From: the human T2T-CHM13v2.0 reference genome, Homo sapiens
NCBI RefSeq assembly: GCF_009914755.1
Contig: NC_060928.1
Reading direction: 5' to 3' (one strand)
Length of the DNA stretch: 64,000 nt
In this document: piece by piece, positions 54,965 to 64,000 of the stretch
How the letters are laid out: each line of letters starts with the position of its first letter
Numbering within the stretch: position 1 is the stretch's first letter
Notes under the pieces: generated by a model
The model's database searches: none
What the model saw: only the letters and a program-made list of their open reading frames with translations
What the model was told of the DNA's origin: nothing
Made by a program: the position numbers and the translations under genes

Positions 54965-56222
54965 CAGATGAGCATTTTAAAATTTCAGAGCCTATATTAA
55001 TTTTCATATATTGAGGGAGAAATGTATATATATACACACATATATGTACACATATATATGTGATCACATCAAACCGTAGATTTCATAAATATTGCTGCTT
55101 AAAATAAATTTTTCTTAGAAAATTATGGGAAATGAATTCACTTAAAGAAAGCTAGTAAACAAGAGAAGGGAAAGGGATATGAGAAAAAGACATGGCAGAG
55201 ATTTGGAAATGCAGCCTATGATGGCCCCTCTTCATGTGTTTTCTCATTGTAATGAAATCCAAAACTTTCCTCTATGACTCTGAGTAAAGGCACCATTTTC
55301 TAATGCCTGAACTAAAGGGAAAGTACATCTGAATAGCAGAAGAGAATGTCTTCTACAGAGCCACGCTTTCTTGGCCCCAGTTTCAATCCTGGTGGAAAAA
55401 TTTCCTGAAGCCGACGACAGCTGAGCTCCCCGCCTGGAATTCGGATGCTCAGAGGAGGGAAATTATACCCTGAGGTTCTGAGGGCTCCTGGGCAGCTTGT
55501 GATGTGCATGACTCGGGAGAGCAGACCTGCCACCTGCCCACCTCCACCCTACAAGCTGGGGGAGCTTGAGCTGGGGGGGGGATTTGAGTCTGGGGGAGGC
55601 AGCAGGGAGAAGCCACAAAGAGGGAGCAGAGAAACAAAGAAAGGAGCAGGAGTACAGACCCGCATCACATCGCAGGTTTCCCGCAAGTTGCAGGGAGGTT
55701 TCTGGGGCACCCAGTTACGTTTACCCCTTTTGTGTAAAAATCACCTCCAGGAAAGTCCCTGTTTCAAATGTGCACCACAGTGGCCTCTGAAGTCAATGGA
55801 ATGATCGTGCCTAGATGGGGTTTCCCTGGGGTTGGTGTCCCCATTAGGGCTCCTTCTGGCCCTGTGGTGTCACTCCCACTGACAGACCTACATGCAGCAA
55901 ACACAGCGTATTCAAGCACACACACCAAAGGACACTATTCTCCATGGTCTTTGAAGGTGTCCGTGAGGTAGAGGTTTAGCAGTGTGCCAGCGCTGTGTTT
56001 TGTACTCTCTTACTGTTATTGGGTAAATGCTCTCCCTATCTGAGCATCCTGACCTTCCCTCCACCCACCTGCTCACAGTCTTCATTCCCTCTGATATGCA
56101 AGGGGCAAGGTGTTACGCACCTTCTGGGATCCACCCTAAGAGGGAAAGGTGTGGAGAAAAGTGAAATCACTGAGCCCCTGGGCAGGGCTTTCGGGTAAAT
56201 CTCTTCATTTTAGCCTCAAAAA

Positions 56223-56415
56223 TAGGGTTGTCAGATAAAATGCAGGACACCCAGTTAAACTGGAATGTTAGATAAACAACAAATAATTTTTTAGTGTAAG
56301 AATGTCCTTAACACTACATGGGACATACTTAAACAAACAAATAAAAAGTTTGTTTATCTAACATTTCAGTTTAACTGGGTGTCTGTACTTTTCTTTGCTC
56401 AATCCAGCAACTATA
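56223..56415 (+). mobile_element. MER53 palindromic hAT MITE
   Basis: tagggttgtcagataaaa ... atgggacatactta ... ccagcaactata; 8-bp TSD ctcaaaaa / ctcagaaa. Confidence 0.9.
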
Positions 56416-57286
56416 CTCAGAAACACCCCACTGAAGCTGGCTCTATTATTCCTATTTCAAAGGCAGGGAAGATGGGTCTTATGGAGACAAAGCAACTTGC
56501 TTGTGAGTGATAGAGCGGAGACGGGATTTTCAACCAGACTCACTGAGTTTAAAACCAGTGCTGGTTTCACAACACCACACAAGAATCCAAGTCTTAAAGT
56601 AAGGAGGTTGATGGGATGCTAATGGGGGAAACTGAGGCATGCTCTAAGGAATTTGGGGGGATTCCTGAATGCCTTGTTCAGAATGTAGCTAATCACTCAG
56701 TAAACAGCTGCTGGATGTAATTGAATTGAATTATCACCGTGCTTGCTAACTAAGACTGCTCCCCTCCTGTAAACACTCAAGAAAAGCCTTGTTTCTCAAG
56801 CCCAGCTGACGTCCCCCTTCAACACTATGCTTCAGCGCTTGGAGGCAGGCACTTCCCCACGTATATAGGCAGTGGTAGATGAGATCATGGGACATAGCTC
56901 CAAGAGAAGCTTCGAGTCACATTACATTCGTTTAACACAAGGAGGAAACCCACAAGGACTGAAGGAATGGGCTGGCCCAAGGCCTAAGCCAGGCCTGTCT
57001 TGGCTGGACCACCTTCAGAGCTCAGCGTGTGCAGCCCAGTTGCCTTGCTTGAACCAGGCTGCCTTGCCAGACCTTGAAGATGTCTATCTGCACTTCAGTC
57101 AACATTCTTTTAGGGGTGCAGAAGCTGCAGTCATAGGGTGAGGGAAGGAGTGTCCTGCTAGAACCTTTTCTTGTCTGAAGATGAGATGATTCAGTAAATG
57201 TAAAGTTGCCATGAGTCTGGTTTCTTTCCTTCTTAGACTTGTGACACTGTGAGTTTACACACAGGAATCTGGACTGGGTGTGTGCC

Positions 57287-57336
57287 GCTCCTAGATATTC
57301 ATAAGCCTTCATAAGCTCCTAGATATTCATAAGCCT
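57287..57336. repeat. 22-bp direct duplication with 6-nt spacer
   Basis: gctcctagatattcataagcct x2 separated by tcataa. Confidence 0.9.
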
Positions 57337-57400
57337 CCCGGGGAGAATTACTGTGACTTTGTGCATAGGAGAGCATCTCATCCTCCTCATCTTAAATTCA

Positions 57401-57879
<479 letters not shown>

Positions 57880-58548
57880 TCACCACTAAGAAAGTCAGCT
57901 ACCTTGTAATCATTTTATTTTCTGATGATCAGAGTAATATATACTTATCTTAGAAAAGTTGAAAATGCTGAAAAGTAAAAAGAAAGCAATAAAAACAACC
58001 CATAATGCCATCATGCAGGGATATAACCTCTCCTAAAATTGTAGTATATTTTCTAAGTCTCTGCACATGTAATAAACACCATTGGCCTCGTACGTCATAT
58101 GTGACTTTGTGTTCCACTTTTTGTTTTAACCTAACAAATCATAAACACTTCCCTCACATCATTAAAGACTCTGCAAAGAATCTTTATGACTTGGATGGAT
58201 AGATTGAAAATGGCCACAATTTATTAGCTACTCTTGCTGAACATTTAGATTGTTTTCAGTGTTTTTCCAGGTAGAAATAATATAGCAATGAACATCTCTG
58301 AAGACATTTTTATCAGACCATTGGCACATGGTCTCCCCATGTCTAGAATCTAATATAAAGTGGCATCTGATCTGACCCAAAGATATATCTTAGGTTTTCT
58401 GTTTTACCATGCTCTGAAGAGCAGGTGTCTTCCAGAGGCCCCAGCAACCGAACTAGCTGGAGAACCACTGGACTCAGTTATAGAACAGGGACTCCATGGC
58501 CCCTTATCAAATGGAGGGGGCTCCAGTGCTGCAGAAGTCCCAGGCCCA

Positions 58549-59300
<752 letters not shown>

Positions 59301-59742
59301 GTGGTTGGAAGATAGTGAAGAGTAACAAAAAAGCAAGCACAACCACTGGTAGCTGATGACAGACTCCTTTTTCCTTTACTCTCTCCTCCAGTGTTAGATG
59401 TTTTGAAAGGTTTCATGGTGTTATCTGAGAGCTGTCATCTTCTGCTTGAGATCTGGCTGCATTTTGGTGGGAAGTGAGGTGATTACTGTGTTTTTTTTTT
59501 TTTTGAAAGCTCCCCCAGAAAGAACCATGTCAGATTCCCCAAAGAGTTACTAATGCGGATGGAGCCCCACTGTGGTCCCAGCTGTCATAGCCACTGCAAG
59601 GAACAGAAGAGGTCCGGGGCTCTGGTGGGCCCCAGAATCCCCCATGCATTCCTAGAGTAATATGAATAAGTGAACTGTCGCAAATGAGTCCATTCACGCA
59701 AGTACTTATGTAATGTAATGAGTGTGATCTTAGAAAGTAGGA

Positions 59743-60544
59743 CAACAAACATATGAAAAAATGCTCAGTATTACTGATCATTAGAGAAATGCAAATCAAA
59801 ACCACAATGAGTTACCGTCTCATACCAGTCAGAATGGCTATTACTAAAAAGTCAAAAAATAACAGATGCTGGCAACGTTGTGGAGGAAAGGGAACAGTTA
59901 CACACTGTCAGTGGGAGTGTAAATTAGTTCAACCACTTTGGAAAGCAGTTTGGTGATTTCTCAAAGGGCTAAAGACAAGAACTAGCATTCAACCCAGCAA
60001 TACCATTGCTGGGTATATACCCAAAGGACTATATTAATAAATCATTATATCATAAACACACATGCATGCAAATGTTTATTGCAGCACTATTCACAATAGA
60101 AAAGACATGGCATCAACCTAAATGTCCATCAACTACAGATTGGTTAAAGCAAATGTGGTACATATACACCAGGAAATACGATGCAGCCATAAAAAGAATG
60201 AGATCCTATCTTTTGTGGGAATGTGGATGGAATTGGAGTCAATTTTTCTTAGCAAACTAGCACAGGAACAAAAAACCAAATACTGCGTGTTCTGACTTAT
60301 AAGTGGGAGCTAAATGATGAGAACACATGGACACAAGGAAGGGGACAACAGACACTGGGATCTTTTTGAGGGTGGAGGGCGGGAGAAGGGGGAGGATCAG
60401 GGAAAGTAACTATTGGGTACTAGGCTTAGTACCTGGGTGACGAAATAATTGATATAACAAACCCCTGTGACATGAGTTTACCTATAAAACAAACCGACAC
60501 ATGTACCCTTGAACCTAAAATAAAGGTTAAAAAAAAAAAAAGAA
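59743..60544 (+). mobile_element. 5'-truncated L1PA15/16-like LINE-1
   Basis: ORF2 C-terminus remnants ([15 protein letters not shown]), old L1PA 3' UTR, A-tail; TSD agaaagtagga (59732-59742, 60545-60555). Confidence 0.9.
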
Positions 60545-60569
60545 AGAAAGTAGGAGACCCTGAGGGCTT

Positions 60570-60922
60570 CTCTTTGTTGGGGCTGTTATAACAAAATACC
60601 ATAAACTGAGTGTTTGTAAACATCAGAATCTATTTCTTATAATTCTAGAGGCCAGAAAGTCTAAGATCAAGATGTCGGCAGATTCAGTGTCTGATGAGGG
60701 CCCACTTCCTGGTTCATAGATGGGGTCTTCTATCTGTGTCCTCACAAGGTGAAAGGGGTGAGGTATCTCCCTGGGGCCTCTTTTATAAGGGCACTAATAC
60801 CATTCACGAGGGTTTCACCCTTGTGACCTAATCACCTCCCAAAGGCCTCATCTCCCAATACCTTGGAGATTAGCATTTCAATGCATGAATCTGGGGGGGA
60901 CACAAACATTCAAACTATAGCA
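60570..60922 (-). mobile_element. MLT1A-like solo LTR
   Basis: ggctgttataacaaaatacca ... aagggcactaataccattca ... ggggggacacaaacattcaaactatagca. Confidence 0.85.
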
Positions 60923-61098
60923 TTGTGGTCCTAAGGGTTAAAAAATAAAATATAGTATGCCCTACCCTCAAATTGTTTATACTATTAATAGTTAAGGAGA
61001 ATAGATGTGTTCACAAATAGCAGTAATAACTAGAAAATGCTACAAGACCATTATGCAGGGCAATGTAGACTAGGGATTTACATGGGTCAGGAATGCAA

Positions 61099-61374
61099 GG
61101 TAATTGAATCATAGAGGCGAGTATTTCCCATGCTGTTCTCAAGATAGTGAATAAGTCCTACGAGATCTGATAGTTCTATAAAGGGCAGTTCCTCTGCACA
61201 TGTTCTTTTGCCTGCCACCATGTAAGACATCCCTTTGCTCTTCCTTGGCCTTCTGCCATGACTGTGAGGCCTCCCCAGCCACGTGGAACTGTGAGTCCGT
61301 TAAACCTCTTTTCTTTATAAATTACCCAGTCTCAGGTATGTCTTTATTAGCAGCGTTGGGAACAGACTAATACC
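61099..61374 (+). mobile_element. THE1 LTR lacking its 5' ~90 nt
   Basis: gtaattgaatcat ... tgtgaggcctccccagccacgtggaactgtgagtc ... gactaatac. Confidence 0.85.
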
Positions 61375-62255
61375 GTGTGTTTTTAATTATTGCTCGGATT
61401 TCTCTTCTGACTTTCCTGAAGCTGTTTCTCACTGTAAGTCTGCGTGACCCATCAAGTATCAGCACAAGTTCACCTCCAAAGAAGCACAGTCTAAACAAAG
61501 GAAATTTAAAAACAAAATTTTAATCTCTGATTTACATCTTCCAAAACAAAATTAAAGAAGACCGCATTCAGAACACTCCAGCAACACATAACTCCTAAAT
61601 TCTGCCCTATCTAATGCGATAGCCTTCCTCCCTCTCCATACCTCCTTGGGCCACAAAGAATATCCTCTCCCCTTTCCCTTCCCTTCAGTCTCTCAACTTT
61701 TATTATAGTCATGTGTCCCTTAATGATGGGGATATGTTCTAAGAAATGCATCACTAGGCAATTTCATTCTTGTGTGAACATCGCAGAGTGTACTTACACA
61801 AACCTAGATGGTACAACCTACCACCCACCTAGGCTATATGGCTCAGTCATAGGCTACAAACCAGTTCCTAGGCAACAAACCAGTATAGCATGTGACTCTA
61901 CTGGATACTGTAGGTAATTGGAACACAATGGGAAGCATTTGTGTATCTAAACATAGAAAAAGTACATTAAAAATATGGCCTAAAAGATAAAAAATGGTAT
62001 ACTTGCATAGGGCACTTACCGGGAATGGAGCTCACAGGACTGGAAGTTGCTCTGGGTGAGTCAGTGAGTGAGTGAGTGGTGAGTGAATGTGAAGGCCTAG
62101 GACATTACTGTACACTACTGCAGACTTTGTAAACACTCTAACTTAGGCTACACTACATTTATTTAAAATTGTTTTCTTCAATAATCAATTAACTTTAGCT
62201 TACTGCAACTTTTTACATGTTAAACTTTTTGATCTTTTAAAACTTTTTGACTCTT

Positions 62256-62643
<388 letters not shown>

Positions 62644-62658
62644 CTAAAAGCTTTTTAA

Positions 62659-63018
<360 letters not shown>

Positions 63019-63922
63019 TAAGACACACACACATTAGCATAGGCCTCCACAGGGCCAGGATCATCAGTATCACTGTCTTCTCCCTCCACATCTCTTCCTA
63101 CTGGAAGGTCTTTGGGGCAATAACATGCATAGAACTGTCATCTCCTATGATAACAATACCTTCTCCTAGGTACCTCCTGAAGGACCTGCCTGAGGCTGCT
63201 TTACAGTTAACTTTTCACGTAAGTAGAAGGAATACACTCTAACCTAACAATAAAAAGTATAGTATAGTAAATACAGAAACCAGTAACACAGTCAATTTAT
63301 TATTATCAAGCATTACATACTGTACATAGTTTATGTTTTATCTGTAGATTTTTATAGGACTGGCAGAGCAGAAAGTGTGTGTACACCAGCATCACCATTC
63401 ATCAATGCATTACTCATAAACATGTGAGTAACACACTGGGCTGCATTGTCACTAGGCGATAGGAAGTTTTCAGCTCCATTATAATTTGATGGGACCACCC
63501 TCATATATGTGGCCCATCATCCACAGAAACTGTGATGCGGCACATGACCGTACTCAATTCCTTTTTACAAGGCAGATAACAGGGAAGAGTCAGAGCACAC
63601 GTTCTTGTTAGTAACCGTCCATTCTTGTTAATAACCACCTGCCCCATTACTCGCAGACAGGGCTCTCCCATGCCATTCGTAGGGCCTGACACTGGTGCAG
63701 CTCCCCTAAAGCCAGTTTGTTTTTCACTTCAGTTCTTTTGATGCTCCCAACTCAGACAACTAGAAGACAATTTAATCTTGCGCAGTAAAATGGAGGTGTT
63801 GGGAAATTTTTCTAACAGATTTAAGTCTGGTTAGTGGTGGGCTAGGACCTGGCTGATCCCAGCAGCCTTCTTACCAGGACTGATAATAGCCCAGATGGTC
63901 TGTCCTGTTAAAGAAAAAATGT

Positions 63923-64000
63923 AGCCGGGCGTGGTCGCTCACGCCTGTAATCCCAGCACTTTGGGAGGCTGAGGCGAGCAGATCACTTGAAGGTCAGGAG
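63923..64000 (+). mobile_element. Alu 5' end, cut by the window edge
   Basis: gccgggcgtggtcgctcacgcctgtaatcccagcactttggg. Confidence 0.9.

Noticed and set aside
56318-56340. A miR-1302 gene copy
   Set aside because: atgggacatacttaaacaaac matches only the 5' part of the recalled mature sequence, and the inner stem that would carry it has decayed.

Overview
This is primate, most likely human, euchromatic DNA with no recognisable cellular protein-coding exon, so it reads as intergenic or deep intronic. The window is dense in repeats: about 23 Alu/FLAM/FRAM copies, MIR and L2 relics, MaLR solo LTRs (THE1, MST, MLT1), Tigger3b x2, Tigger4, several hAT MITEs and five LINE-1 pieces. The only ORFs with real protein homology are LINE-1 ORF1/ORF2/ORF0; the rest of the ORF track is Alu-derived or chance. 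The most unusual part is 42.4-50.4 kb. It holds a MER81 with two perfect NF-kB sites, two well-formed candidate exons on opposite strands, and a ~200-bp nested palindrome. It also holds an L1PA3-like element with both ends and a TSD but ~1.65 kb missing from ORF2, which keeps its 5' UTR and an extended ORF0. A MER53 at 56.2 kb has arms that look homogenised. I cannot demonstrate a new biological system from sequence alone; these are testable candidates. Subfamily names come from recalled consensus sequences and need RepeatMasker/Dfam confirmation.
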